Below, piece by piece: positions 48,261-57,540 of a stretch of 64,000 bases of DNA (position 1 is the first letter of the stretch; every line of letters begins with the position of its first letter). A model generated the notes under the pieces. The model made no database searches, was not told the DNA's origin, and worked only from the letters and a program-made list of their open reading frames with translations. The translations under genes were made by a program, and so were the position numbers. Source of the DNA: Desulfosoma sp. (GTDB lineage Bacteria; Desulfobacterota; Syntrophobacteria; Syntrophobacterales; DSM-9756); contig JBBFKW010000011.1 of NCBI GenBank assembly GCA_037481835.1, forward strand, positions 64,001 through 128,000. Direction: 5' to 3'.

Positions 48261-48702
48261 GCGCTTCGGGTTTACCTTGGTCGAGCTCCTCGTGGTGATG
48301 GCCATCATGGCCGTCTCGCTCGCCCTGATTTTTGCCACCGTGGGAAGCGGGCTGGGCAGGAAGCAGGACCGCCGCTTTGCCGTGGAGCTGGGCGGACTCT
48401 TGAGAAAAGCGAGGAACCAGGCCATGGCGGGCGGCGTTCCCGTGGCCGTCGTATTTTCCGAAGAAAGCCGCCGGTGCTGGATCGCCGAACCCGGGGAAGG
48501 GTTCGTGGATATTCCCGCCGAGTTGGAAATCCAGGCGCTGGGACTGCTCCGCGCGGAGAACGTCCTTTACCTCGTCTTCTACCCGGACGGAGCTTCCAGC
48601 GGTGCGGAACTGGAGGTCGTCCGAAGGGGGGCGGTTTTGAGCCGCATTCGGGTGGATCCTTTGACGGGGCTGGCTCTGGCTGTCGTCGGAGAGGGCGGCT
48701 AG
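48244..48702 (+). CDS. gspH: Minor pseudopilin, GspH-like
   Basis: Prepilin motif GFTLVELLVV, ARNQA and FYPDGASSG. Confidence 0.8.
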   Translation: MKSPFERFGFTLVELLVVMAIMAVSLALIFATVGSGLGRKQDRRFAVELGGLLRKARNQAMAGGVPVAVVFSEESRRCWIAEPGEGFVDIPAELEIQALGLLRAENVLYLVFYPDGASSGAELEVVRRGAVLSRIRVDPLTGLALAVVGEGG

Positions 48703-48742
48703 GAGCTCGTCCGATCATGATGCGTCGTCGCTCCGGAGCCGA

Positions 48743-49069
48743 ATGCACGTTGGGGTTCGCTTCGCTCACCCCAACCTACGAATCTGTTCAAGGATATCGG
48801 CCGACGAGATGGAGGCTTCTATGAAAGTCGCGCTCAGAGTGTGAAAAGCCCTGACTTTCATCGTTCGTTGTCTCGCCGGGGCAAGATGCACGTTGGGGTT
48901 CGCTTCGCTCACCCCAACCTACGAATCTGTTCAAGGATGTCGGCCGACGAGATGGAGGCTTATGTGAAAATCGCGCTCAAAGTGTGAAAAGCCCGGACTT
49001 TCATCGTTCGTTGTCTCGCCGGGGCACGATGTTGAGACGTAGGTTGGGGTGAGCGAAGCGAACCCCAAC
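48743..49069. repeat. Two tandem 143-bp units, each starting with a reverse REP, closed by an inverted (forward) REP
   Basis: REPs at 48749-48779, 48892-48922 and 49039-49069. The two inter-REP segments are near-identical. Confidence 0.9.
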
Positions 49070-49086
49070 ACCAACCACTTCATGGG

Positions 49087-49572
49087 ATGAACGGCGTGTG
49101 GGGAACAAATCGGAGGCGCACGGGGCGCCCGGTTGGGCTGAGGCCTGGAAGCTGGACTGGGAATTTGCGGCCCTCGCAGGCCGCACGGGGTTTTACCCTG
49201 CTCGAGGTCTTGATCGCTCTCACGGTCATGGGCATTACCGTGGCGGTCCTCTTTTACGGATTTTCCCAATCGGCGCGGCTGCAAATGAAGGCCCACGAGG
49301 TCATGGAAGCCTCCCGGGTGGCCCGCCTCGTTTTGGCCGACCGCGCCCTTCTTTCGGAGGCCACGGCGAGAGGGCGCCTGAACGGCCCGGTGGATGGGGA
49401 GCCCGGGTGGTTTTACTCCCTGGAAGCGCGCCCGCTGGTGGTGCCCCTGGACAAGCGGGCGGAAGCCTACGAAGACCCCAACATGGTGGAACTGACCCTG
49501 TGCGTGTATTCCGAGGAATCGGGCCGAAGCGGATCGCGATGCCTTGTGGGCTGGGTCGAAAGGAAGGGATGA
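49087..49572 (+). CDS. gspI: Minor pseudopilin, GspI-like
   Basis: RGFTLLEVLIAL prepilin motif and position in the operon. Start uncertain. Confidence 0.75.
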   Translation: MNGVWGTNRRRTGRPVGLRPGSWTGNLRPSQAARGFTLLEVLIALTVMGITVAVLFYGFSQSARLQMKAHEVMEASRVARLVLADRALLSEATARGRLNGPVDGEPGWFYSLEARPLVVPLDKRAEAYEDPNMVELTLCVYSEESGRSGSRCLVGWVERKG

Positions 49573-50309
49573 GGGCGATCCGCGGTTCTTCCCTGAATCC
49601 TTTTTCTTCTCAGGCCGTGGGGCGTTTCGGGAAACGGGCTCCTTCCAAGGCTTTTCGGGGGTTTACCCTGGTGGAAGTCCTGGTGGCCATGGCCCTTACG
49701 GCCATGGTGGTCACCCTGCTCGGCACGGCCATGCGCTCCGGCCTCCTTTCCTGGCGCAAGCTGGGCCTGGAAAATCAAGCGGATATTTTTTCTTACGCCG
49801 TGCCGGCATCCCTCGGGCGCTACGTGGAATTCATGGCCACGGAAGCGACACCCTGGAAAGGCCGCGAGGGGCATCTCTTCCCCCTGTGCGGGTCGGCTCG
49901 AGGCATCACCTTTTACAGCACCTACGGTCCTGCGGGTTCCAGCCGGCAGGGCCTTCGACTCATCGGCTACCTCTACGATCCGTCTCAAAACACGCTGGAT
50001 GTCTACGATGTGGACATCCTAGAAAAAGAAGGGGAGGAGACGGATCTGCTCGCCCTGGCGAAAGGCCTCTTGGAGGGGCGCGACAACGTGGGCCCTCCGA
50101 TGAGCCGTTACGGCGATGTCACTGAGTTCCGCGTGGCCTACGGCGATACGGATTCCTCGGACGGGGCGGGGCAAAACCTTCTGTGGCAGGACCAATGGGC
50201 CTGCGAGGAGAATCCCCGGGCTCCGCGAGGGGTTCGGCTTGTTTTCGGTGTGAGGTCCGGAGCGAGCGAAAGGGTCACGTCATGGATTTTCCCAACCCGG
50301 GTGCCGTAA
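49569..50309 (+). CDS. gspJ: Minor pseudopilin, GspJ-like
   Basis: RGFTLVEVLVAMAL and PRGVRL near the C-terminus. The ATG overlaps the gspI stop. Confidence 0.78.
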   Translation: MRAIRGSSLNPFSSQAVGRFGKRAPSKAFRGFTLVEVLVAMALTAMVVTLLGTAMRSGLLSWRKLGLENQADIFSYAVPASLGRYVEFMATEATPWKGREGHLFPLCGSARGITFYSTYGPAGSSRQGLRLIGYLYDPSQNTLDVYDVDILEKEGEETDLLALAKGLLEGRDNVGPPMSRYGDVTEFRVAYGDTDSSDGAGQNLLWQDQWACEENPRAPRGVRLVFGVRSGASERVTSWIFPTRVP

Positions 50310-51136
50310 GGCCCTTTTCGAGATCCCACAGAGGACGGTTTGCGGGGGAGCCCGGGGCCGTGCTGGTTTTTGTCCTGTGGGCCTTGGCTTTGCTGTCCTT
50401 TTTGGGATTGCAGGTGGCCGTGGCGTCCCGGCTGCGGGCTTGGGAGGCCCTTGGGGCATGGGATCAGCTGCAAAGGGCCGAAGCCCTGCGGTCGGTTTTG
50501 CGCTATTACGCCGTTTCGGGAAAAAACAACAATGCGATGCGGCCTGGAATATGGTATCGGTGGTTTGTGGGCGGCCAGGAAGTATGGGTGTCCTTGGAGA
50601 AAGAATCGTCCAAAATCCAGGTCGTGGAAGCCAACGACGCCAGGCTGCGCCAGGCCTTGACCGATTTTCTGCCCCTGTCGGACCCGCGGGAGGTGGACGA
50701 GCTGGTGGATGCCCTTCTGGACTGGCAGGATGCGGACGATTTGGTCCGGCTTCACGGGGCCGAAGCCGAATGGTACCTTCAAAGAGGGCTGCCGCCGCCG
50801 ACCAATCGGCCCTTCGCGAGCTTGTGTGAAATCCAGAAGGTTCGAGGCGTCTCTCCCGAACTGTTTTGGGGCGATCCTCTGGAAGAGGCCTACACCACAT
50901 GGGAACAGGAAGACGTGGGGGGTGAAACGGACATGATCGTGCCCGAACGGCGGTCCCTGGCGGATCTTTTGACCGTCGTCGGATCGAAGGCGGAACGGGT
51001 CACGGTGCTCATGCCTTATAGAGAAAATGTTTACGAGGTGGCCGTCGTGGTGGGAAAAGCCGGCACCGACGGGTGGGTGGTGGCGGATCGATGTCACGGC
51101 TTTGTCATGTCCGGCTTTCTTTCGGAAAAGTACTGA
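50282..51136 (+). CDS. gspK: Pseudopilin GspK
   Basis: GAVLVFVLWALALL, ESSKI, LVDALLDWQDADD, GAEAEWY and NRPF...VRGVSPEL. Confidence 0.88.
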   Translation: MDFPNPGAVRPFSRSHRGRFAGEPGAVLVFVLWALALLSFLGLQVAVASRLRAWEALGAWDQLQRAEALRSVLRYYAVSGKNNNAMRPGIWYRWFVGGQEVWVSLEKESSKIQVVEANDARLRQALTDFLPLSDPREVDELVDALLDWQDADDLVRLHGAEAEWYLQRGLPPPTNRPFASLCEIQKVRGVSPELFWGDPLEEAYTTWEQEDVGGETDMIVPERRSLADLLTVVGSKAERVTVLMPYRENVYEVAVVVGKAGTDGWVVADRCHGFVMSGFLSEKY

Positions 51137-51214
51137 AAAACGCCTTCAGGGTGGACGATTGGGGGACGCGAGCAGACGGGCGGACGGTCCCCAGGTGGGT
51201 ATCCCCATGGGGAG

Positions 51215-52537
51215 GTGACACGGGCTTTGTTGGCGGGCGCACGCATTCTCGGGGTCTATCTGGATGAAAACCGGCTGGATTATGTCCATGCGGTGAAACG
51301 CTGGGGGCGGGTGCGCCTTGAGCCGCTGGAAAACCGGAAGCCGGCCTGCGGAACTTTGGAAGACGGCGGTCCCAAAGGGCTGGAGACGTTCTTGCGCGAT
51401 CTTTCCCCCAAGTCCGACAGGCGCCTTGCCATCGGCCTTCCGCGGGCCCTGTTCTTCGTTCGGGACATGGCCGTGCCGCCCGTGCCCATGGAAGATGCCC
51501 TGGAGGCTGTGCGAAACGCCTTGCCCATTCATGTGCATCTTCCCCTCGAAGACATTTATTGGGACGTGGATCTGGTGAGGCGCCACGACAAGACGGTGGC
51601 GGCCACCCTAATCTACGTGGAAAAAAAAGCCGTGGACGGCATCCTCTCGGTGCTTTCCGACACGGGCCATCGAGACCGGCTCGAAGGCCTCTTTCCCATC
51701 TCCTTCGGCCTTGCGGCCTGGCTTCGCGCAGGAGGCCGTCCTCCCATGGGGCTGGTGAGGCGGGAGGACGGCTTGCAGGAGGTGCTCGCCGTGGATCAGG
51801 ACGGCGTGGTCCGCACCCGATTGTTGGACCCATCCGAAGGCGTGTGGGGCCGGGATGAACTGATGAGCTTCCTGCAGGCCCAGTGGGGTGTCACCCCTGA
51901 AAACGTCCAGGATTGGACGGCGACCTCGCAGAGTGCCCATCTTCTCGATTCTCCCTTTTCCCATGATTGGCCCCATCCGTCGTTAAATCTCGGGACGGCG
52001 ACCGCCTTCGCCCTTCTCCGCACCGGGCCGATCCTGTGCACGGACGGCAGAGCGCCGCGGGTTCCGGGGTTTCATCCCGCCAAGGTCGTGGTGCCGCTCC
52101 TTTTGGTCCTTGGCCTTACGGCCTGGGGCCTTTCCTGGCACGTGGAACGCCGCACGGCGGCTCTGGAAATGAAAGCGGCGCGCTTGGCGGAAGAAACGAA
52201 ACGGCTGGAAGCCGAACTCAAACCGCTGGAAAAAAACGCCCAGGAAATGGAACAGCTCAAGAAGCTCATCAAGGAGGCGGACGTCTATATCAAGGGAAAA
52301 CCGCGATTCTACGAGCTCCTGAACGACATTGCGGAGCGTGTCCCGGAGGGGACATGGATTTCCCAGTTCAATTATTCCGCGGGCAAGATGACCGCCTCTT
52401 TTCAGAGCCCGGATTCCATGAAGACCATAGAAAAGCTCAGGGAGTCCCCTCTACTCAAGGACGTGAAACTCCAAGGGTCGGTCAACCGCGGTCGGGACAA
52501 CAAGGAAACGTTCAACGTGGTCTTGGAGCTGAAATGA
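51215..52537 (+). CDS. gspL: GspL/PilN-like assembly protein
   Basis: Cytoplasmic actin-like N-domain, single TM, coiled coil, and a PilN-like tail (LLNDIAERVPEGTWI...LRESPLLKDV). Confidence 0.75.
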   Translation: MTRALLAGARILGVYLDENRLDYVHAVKRWGRVRLEPLENRKPACGTLEDGGPKGLETFLRDLSPKSDRRLAIGLPRALFFVRDMAVPPVPMEDALEAVRNALPIHVHLPLEDIYWDVDLVRRHDKTVAATLIYVEKKAVDGILSVLSDTGHRDRLEGLFPISFGLAAWLRAGGRPPMGLVRREDGLQEVLAVDQDGVVRTRLLDPSEGVWGRDELMSFLQAQWGVTPENVQDWTATSQSAHLLDSPFSHDWPHPSLNLGTATAFALLRTGPILCTDGRAPRVPGFHPAKVVVPLLLVLGLTAWGLSWHVERRTAALEMKAARLAEETKRLEAELKPLEKNAQEMEQLKKLIKEADVYIKGKPRFYELLNDIAERVPEGTWISQFNYSAGKMTASFQSPDSMKTIEKLRESPLLKDVKLQGSVNRGRDNKETFNVVLELK

Positions 52538-53130
52538 TTCAATTGTGGGGGCGCAGAACGCGGCGCTGGGCCGGGATCGCCGTTTTGGGGGTGATCCTCT
52601 GGGGGCTGTGGTATTTCATGGACTGTGCCCCCAAGATGGCCTCGGCCTCGGCCGTCGAAGCGTCCGTGGAATTGGAAAGGGCCAAGCAGGACAAGCTCCG
52701 CACCCAGATCGCCAAGATCAAGGAAGACCTGTCCCACCAGGCCCAGATGGCCGAAGAACTGGGCCGGGTGGAACAGCTGCTTCTCGAGGCCAAGAGCCTC
52801 GATGAAGCGGCGGCCAAGATGCAACAGCGCATCCAGGAATCCTTCGAAAAGACGGGCATCCAGGTGCAGGCGTACAACGTTTTGAGTCCCGGGGCGTGGG
52901 AGGAGATTCCCATGGCCCAGGTGGAATTCCGGCTACGCGCCGACGATGCGGCTCTGGCGGGGCTGCTCAAGTTTTTGGAAGACGAGGAAAAGCTGGTGCG
53001 TGTGGAATCCTTGACCGTGGCGTATCGACCGGCCAAGGATTTTCCTCTTTCCGTCACGCTGCGGGTGGGCACGCTGTTTGTGGATACGAAGAGCCTGAAG
53101 ACGTTCTTGGGTCAACCATCGAAAAAGTGA
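52534..53130 (+). CDS. gspM: GspM/PilO-like assembly protein
   Basis: N-terminal TM, coiled coil and LAGLLKFLE...VRVESL, located between gspL and gspD. Confidence 0.72.
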   Translation: MIQLWGRRTRRWAGIAVLGVILWGLWYFMDCAPKMASASAVEASVELERAKQDKLRTQIAKIKEDLSHQAQMAEELGRVEQLLLEAKSLDEAAAKMQQRIQESFEKTGIQVQAYNVLSPGAWEEIPMAQVEFRLRADDAALAGLLKFLEDEEKLVRVESLTVAYRPAKDFPLSVTLRVGTLFVDTKSLKTFLGQPSKK

Positions 53131-53151
53131 GGCGCTGGAGGAGAGGCGACG

Positions 53152-55449
53152 ATGGGGGTGCGAAGGTCCGCATGGACGATGGGAATGCGAGCCGGGGTGA
53201 TTGTTTTGGCCGTGTGGGTGAGCGGGTGTTCGACGACGCCGTTCCCGCAGCGCCCCACAGGCGGCCCTTCGGCCCCCCCGGCCGTATCGGCTCCGGTCCT
53301 GCCGGCGCCCGAAGGCGCTCCAACCGCCCCGAGGAGCACCGAAGCGGTCATCAGCGCCCCTACTCAGGGGTCCCTGACGAAAGTGCCGCCTCGCGACCTT
53401 TCCTACACGGGCCGCCCGGTCAGCGGGGCCGCTTCGGATGTGGCCGCCAAGGGCCCTCGAAAAGAACCCGAGCAGCAGAAGACCGTGGACATCGACATGG
53501 CTTTCGATGCCGCCGACCTCTACCAGGTGCTGGATGCGACTATTTACCAGCTTTTCGGCGTGAACTACATCGTGGATCCGAGCATCAAAGCCAAGGTCAC
53601 CTTCCGGGCGAAGGGGGCGTACACGAAAGCCGCCTTCCTTAAGCTGCTCAACGATGTGCTCCAGGTGAGCGGTCTCGCCTTGGTGCCGGGTCCCGGGGAT
53701 ATGGTCAAGGTCGTGCGCAAGGATTTGAGCGGCGGGCTGAGCGCCGCGGGCGTCGAAGCCGTTCCCGTGGAAACGGGCTACACGGACGTGACCCGCCTCA
53801 TCCGTCTGCGGTACCTCGGGGCGGAAACCGCCGCAGCCAACATCAAACCGTTCCTTTCCCCCAACGCCGTCGTGGTTCCGGACAAGGCGAGCAACGCCTT
53901 GGTCATTACGGACACGCTGACCAACATCGAAAAGGTGGCCGGGGTGCTCGCCCTGATGGATGTGGATCGCATCCAGGAGATCTCGTGGAGGATCTTTCCG
54001 CTGCTCCATGCGGAGGCGGACCAGGTGGCCCAGGAGCTGACGGAAATCCTTGGAAAGGAAGGCCTTTTCATGCGCCCGGGAACGGAGCCGGGCAGCTTCC
54101 AGGTTTTTGCCATCAAGAGCCTGAATGCGGTTTTTATGGCGTCCCGGTGGTCGTCGATCATCGATCAGGCGGCGCGCTGGATTGCCGTCATCGACCGGCC
54201 CGGTGAAGCCGGCCAAGGTATCTATGTCTATTTCGTGGAAAACGGGTCAGCCGTGGAACTGGCCGATGTGCTCGCCCGGGTCTACGGCCTGTCCACCTCC
54301 ACGTCGCGCACCCTCAGGACCGACACGCGATCGACGACAAGCGTGTCGCGCTCCTCCAAGTCGCTCACCTCCAAGTCCCCCACATCCCTCACGAGCGCGG
54401 CCGGCGGGACCGGCCTTTCCACGGAAAGGCCTTCGGCCGCAGGGGCTTCAACAGCCCCGGAGCGTTCGGCCATCGGCGCGGCCGCAGGGCAGGTGGGCGA
54501 AGAAGTGGCGTTCATCCCCGACGAGGCGACCAATAGCATCGTCATCAAGGCCAGGGAAAAGGATTACCGGATCATCCGAGGTGTCTTGGAAAAACTGGAC
54601 CAAATCCCGCGCCAGGTGCTCATCAATGTGATCATCGCCGAACTGTCTCTTTCCGGTTCGGCGGAATACGGCATCGAGTGGTTCCTGCAGGGCCACTACA
54701 AGGATTACACGGGCCAGTTCGTCCTGGACAACGCCCGATCCCGGGCCGTAAACACCGCCTTGGGAAGCGGCACGGGTTTCGCCGCGGCGGTCTTCGACAG
54801 CACGGATTTCCTCAGAGGCCTCATCAGCGCCTTGGGCAAGGATACCTCCCTGAACATTCTTTCTTCTCCCAACATCATGGCTTCGGACAACAAGGAAGCC
54901 TACATCGAAGTGGCCGAGGAAATTCCCATCGTCACGGGGGAAGTGACGAGCCAGGAGACCACGGCGACTTCGCGGACGATCCAATACCGCAAGACGGGCA
55001 TCATTCTGAAGGTGACGCCGCACATCAATACCAGCGGTCTGGTGAAGATGGACATTTCCCAGGAAGTGAGCCAACCGGGAGAAAAAGACCCGGACCTCAA
55101 GACGACTTCCATCATCAGCCGCGTGGCGGAAACCTCTCTGGTCGTGCAAGACGGCCAGATGATCGTCATCGGCGGTTTGATGCGCAACCGCGATTCGGTG
55201 AGCCGCTCGGGCATTCCGGGCTTGCGCAACGTGCCCCTTCTGAAATATGTTTTCGGCAGCGAGGGTAAGGAAAACTCCAAGACGGAACTCATCATCCTGA
55301 TCACGCCGCGGGTCGTTCGCGATCGCAGGGAAGCGGAAGCCGTCACGCAGGAATTTTCGAAAAAGGTCCAAGGGCTTCGGGAAATGTTGCAGTCCCGGGG
55401 GGCCGTGGTGGAGGAAAACTTTAAAGCTTCCGAACCGGCAGGACGATAA
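53152..55449 (+). CDS. gspD: Type II secretion secretin GspD (lipoprotein-type signal)
   Basis: VSGC lipobox, DEATNSIVI, LDQIPRQVLI, ILSSP, TGIILKVTPHIN, IVIGGLM, GIPGLRNVP and TELIILITPRV. Confidence 0.95.
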   Translation: MGVRRSAWTMGMRAGVIVLAVWVSGCSTTPFPQRPTGGPSAPPAVSAPVLPAPEGAPTAPRSTEAVISAPTQGSLTKVPPRDLSYTGRPVSGAASDVAAKGPRKEPEQQKTVDIDMAFDAADLYQVLDATIYQLFGVNYIVDPSIKAKVTFRAKGAYTKAAFLKLLNDVLQVSGLALVPGPGDMVKVVRKDLSGGLSAAGVEAVPVETGYTDVTRLIRLRYLGAETAAANIKPFLSPNAVVVPDKASNALVITDTLTNIEKVAGVLALMDVDRIQEISWRIFPLLHAEADQVAQELTEILGKEGLFMRPGTEPGSFQVFAIKSLNAVFMASRWSSIIDQAARWIAVIDRPGEAGQGIYVYFVENGSAVELADVLARVYGLSTSTSRTLRTDTRSTTSVSRSSKSLTSKSPTSLTSAAGGTGLSTERPSAAGASTAPERSAIGAAAGQVGEEVAFIPDEATNSIVIKAREKDYRIIRGVLEKLDQIPRQVLINVIIAELSLSGSAEYGIEWFLQGHYKDYTGQFVLDNARSRAVNTALGSGTGFAAAVFDSTDFLRGLISALGKDTSLNILSSPNIMASDNKEAYIEVAEEIPIVTGEVTSQETTATSRTIQYRKTGIILKVTPHINTSGLVKMDISQEVSQPGEKDPDLKTTSIISRVAETSLVVQDGQMIVIGGLMRNRDSVSRSGIPGLRNVPLLKYVFGSEGKENSKTELIILITPRVVRDRREAEAVTQEFSKKVQGLREMLQSRGAVVEENFKASEPAGR

Positions 55450-55565
55450 CACAGTAAGCACTGTGTGTCGGGGAAGGTTCGCCCCTGCGCGCGAGCGCCT
55501 TCGGCGCCGGAAGAGTGGGGCGGACCGTGTCCTAGAGCGAAGAGCCTGATCAAGGAGGGTCTTCC

Positions 55566-57476
55566 ATGAAGGTTCGGGTGAAGGGCTTGGGGTTTGCCGT
55601 GTGGTGCGCGCTGCTGTGCGCGCTTTTCCTGGTTCCCTGTGCCGGCTGGGGTCAGGATGACAACGGCAAGGACAACGAAACCCTCGTGGTTTCGCCGAGT
55701 TTTGTGGACGTGGGGACGTTCCGGCTCCTTCCCGGGCAGAGCCTGGAACCGGGCTCCTTTACCGTGACGGTCACGGGCGGACCGAAGGTTTCGGATAACC
55801 AAACCTCCACCTTCCTCGCCTCCAGCGATGCGGTCTGGCTCAAGCTGGAACCCACCAAGGGGGACATCCCGGGGACCATCACGGTCACCGTGACCATTTC
55901 CGAACTCATGGAAGGGACCTTTTCCGGGACCATCACGGTGGTCTCCGGGCTCAATCCCGAAAAATCCGCCACCGTGGCTGTCTCTTTAACGGTCATTCGA
56001 ACGCCGGGGAACCTCTTGACCGTCTCCCCGACGGAAATCCAGCTGGATTTCACCACGGCGGATCTTTCGCCGCGGTCCTTCCCCGTCTCCGTCCGCAACG
56101 CCGACCCGACGGACACGACCTTTCTGTGGTCCGCGGCCTCCGGCGTCCCGTGGCTCACGCTCTCACCTTCCGACGGCAGGGGCAACACCACGGCGACCCT
56201 CACGGTGGATCCCACGAAAATCCCCATTCTTGCGGATGAATCTTACGTGGAGGGAAAGGTCGTCTTTCATTCGAGCCTGAACACCGAGCCGGTGGAGCTC
56301 GTGGTGAAAGCCCGGGTCATCCGGGTGTCCAAGGAGCGCTTGACGGTCTACCCCGCGTATCTCTTCTGGAGCCTGGAACGGACTGCGGAAGGGCTTTTGG
56401 GTGAGGCTTCGACGCAGACGCTCTTCGTCATTTCCCAGGAGGCGGGATGGTACGCTCTGGTGGACGTGCCCTTCTTGGACGTCTCCGTGGATCCCGACCT
56501 CAATGTCCCCGGGGCCACGGGGCGGTCCGGATCCATTCAAGTCACCCCCGTCACGTCGGTCCTCCAATCCATGGGATACGGCCGCTTTACGGGGCGCATC
56601 ACCGTCTACAACGCCACCGCCGATGCCTTCCGGATCATTCCGGTCACGGTGGATGTGCGCCGTCCCGGCGAAGCCATATCCGGTCCGCCGGTTTCCGTGA
56701 GCATTTCCCAGACGACCTCCGGCTTCCTGCTGGTGGAAACGGTGGATTCGGCCTGGCTTGAGCTCATTTTGGCCGCGCCGGATCTTGCGATCCGCTACAA
56801 CAGCCAGGCCGCCTGCACCCAGGCCGGAGGCCGCTGGGTGGATCCCGACGGGGCCTTGGGCAGTCTGGACGAAACGTGCAGTCTGGACGAGAAGATTTAC
56901 CTGCTCGTGGCGTTCCCCGATGCCCTTCCCGGCGTCGTCTATGCGCTTTCCGCCCAGCATCCCAACGGGTTCGCCGTGGCGTTTCGAAGCGGCGTGAAAC
57001 AGGAAGGGGCCGATGATTTTTACTACGCCTCGGGCCCCATCGGGTCCATTCCGCTGGGCCCCGTGCGTCTTTTGGGCTTGCAGGGCCGGATCATCGTCAG
57101 TTCCCGCGTGGGGCGGTCCCTGGCCGATGCCGTGGAAGTGCAACGGGCCCAGATCAATGTGCGCACACCCGAAGGCACATGGCTCGTCTCGGAAACCTAC
57201 CAGGGCGGCATCTATGATTATGGGGAGGAAAGACCGCTTCGGCTGCAGCGGGATCCGGGGACTTTCAACTTTAAGGGAACATGGGGAGAGACCCCCGTGA
57301 CGTGCCGGGCCGGAGACGGGGTGCACACGCTTTATGTGCTGGAATTTATCGAAAGAGGTGTGGCATACGTCTATGAAATTACGTCCCTGTCTTCCCAGAA
57401 GATGACGGGACGGTGGACCTTCCAGTACGGGAAACAATGGGAGGCCTTTGAAGCGACCCGGGTCGCTTTCCGGTAA
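55566..57476 (+). CDS. Secreted protein with tandem BACON/Ig-like repeats
   Basis: Signal peptide and AAGGAGG RBS. Repeated beta-rich units L.VSP...SDAVWLKLEP.KG, SGVPWLTLSPSDG and VDVPFLDVS. Confidence 0.78.
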   Translation: MKVRVKGLGFAVWCALLCALFLVPCAGWGQDDNGKDNETLVVSPSFVDVGTFRLLPGQSLEPGSFTVTVTGGPKVSDNQTSTFLASSDAVWLKLEPTKGDIPGTITVTVTISELMEGTFSGTITVVSGLNPEKSATVAVSLTVIRTPGNLLTVSPTEIQLDFTTADLSPRSFPVSVRNADPTDTTFLWSAASGVPWLTLSPSDGRGNTTATLTVDPTKIPILADESYVEGKVVFHSSLNTEPVELVVKARVIRVSKERLTVYPAYLFWSLERTAEGLLGEASTQTLFVISQEAGWYALVDVPFLDVSVDPDLNVPGATGRSGSIQVTPVTSVLQSMGYGRFTGRITVYNATADAFRIIPVTVDVRRPGEAISGPPVSVSISQTTSGFLLVETVDSAWLELILAAPDLAIRYNSQAACTQAGGRWVDPDGALGSLDETCSLDEKIYLLVAFPDALPGVVYALSAQHPNGFAVAFRSGVKQEGADDFYYASGPIGSIPLGPVRLLGLQGRIIVSSRVGRSLADAVEVQRAQINVRTPEGTWLVSETYQGGIYDYGEERPLRLQRDPGTFNFKGTWGETPVTCRAGDGVHTLYVLEFIERGVAYVYEITSLSSQKMTGRWTFQYGKQWEAFEATRVAFR

Positions 57477-57540
57477 AGGAAAGGGCTCGAGGGCGTTCGG
57501 GCCGGACGCGATGGCTCAGGACGGTCGTGAGGAGAGGGCG

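Noticed and set aside
48743..49069. Possible CRISPR array
   Set aside because: The 'spacers' are ~112 bp and near-identical, the last repeat is inverted, the repeat is dispersed elsewhere as a REP, and no cas genes are present.
45424..55449. Type IV pilus system
   Set aside because: There is no PilT or major pilin. A GspK-like gene, the H-I-J-K-L-M order and a GspD-type secretin fit T2SS better.
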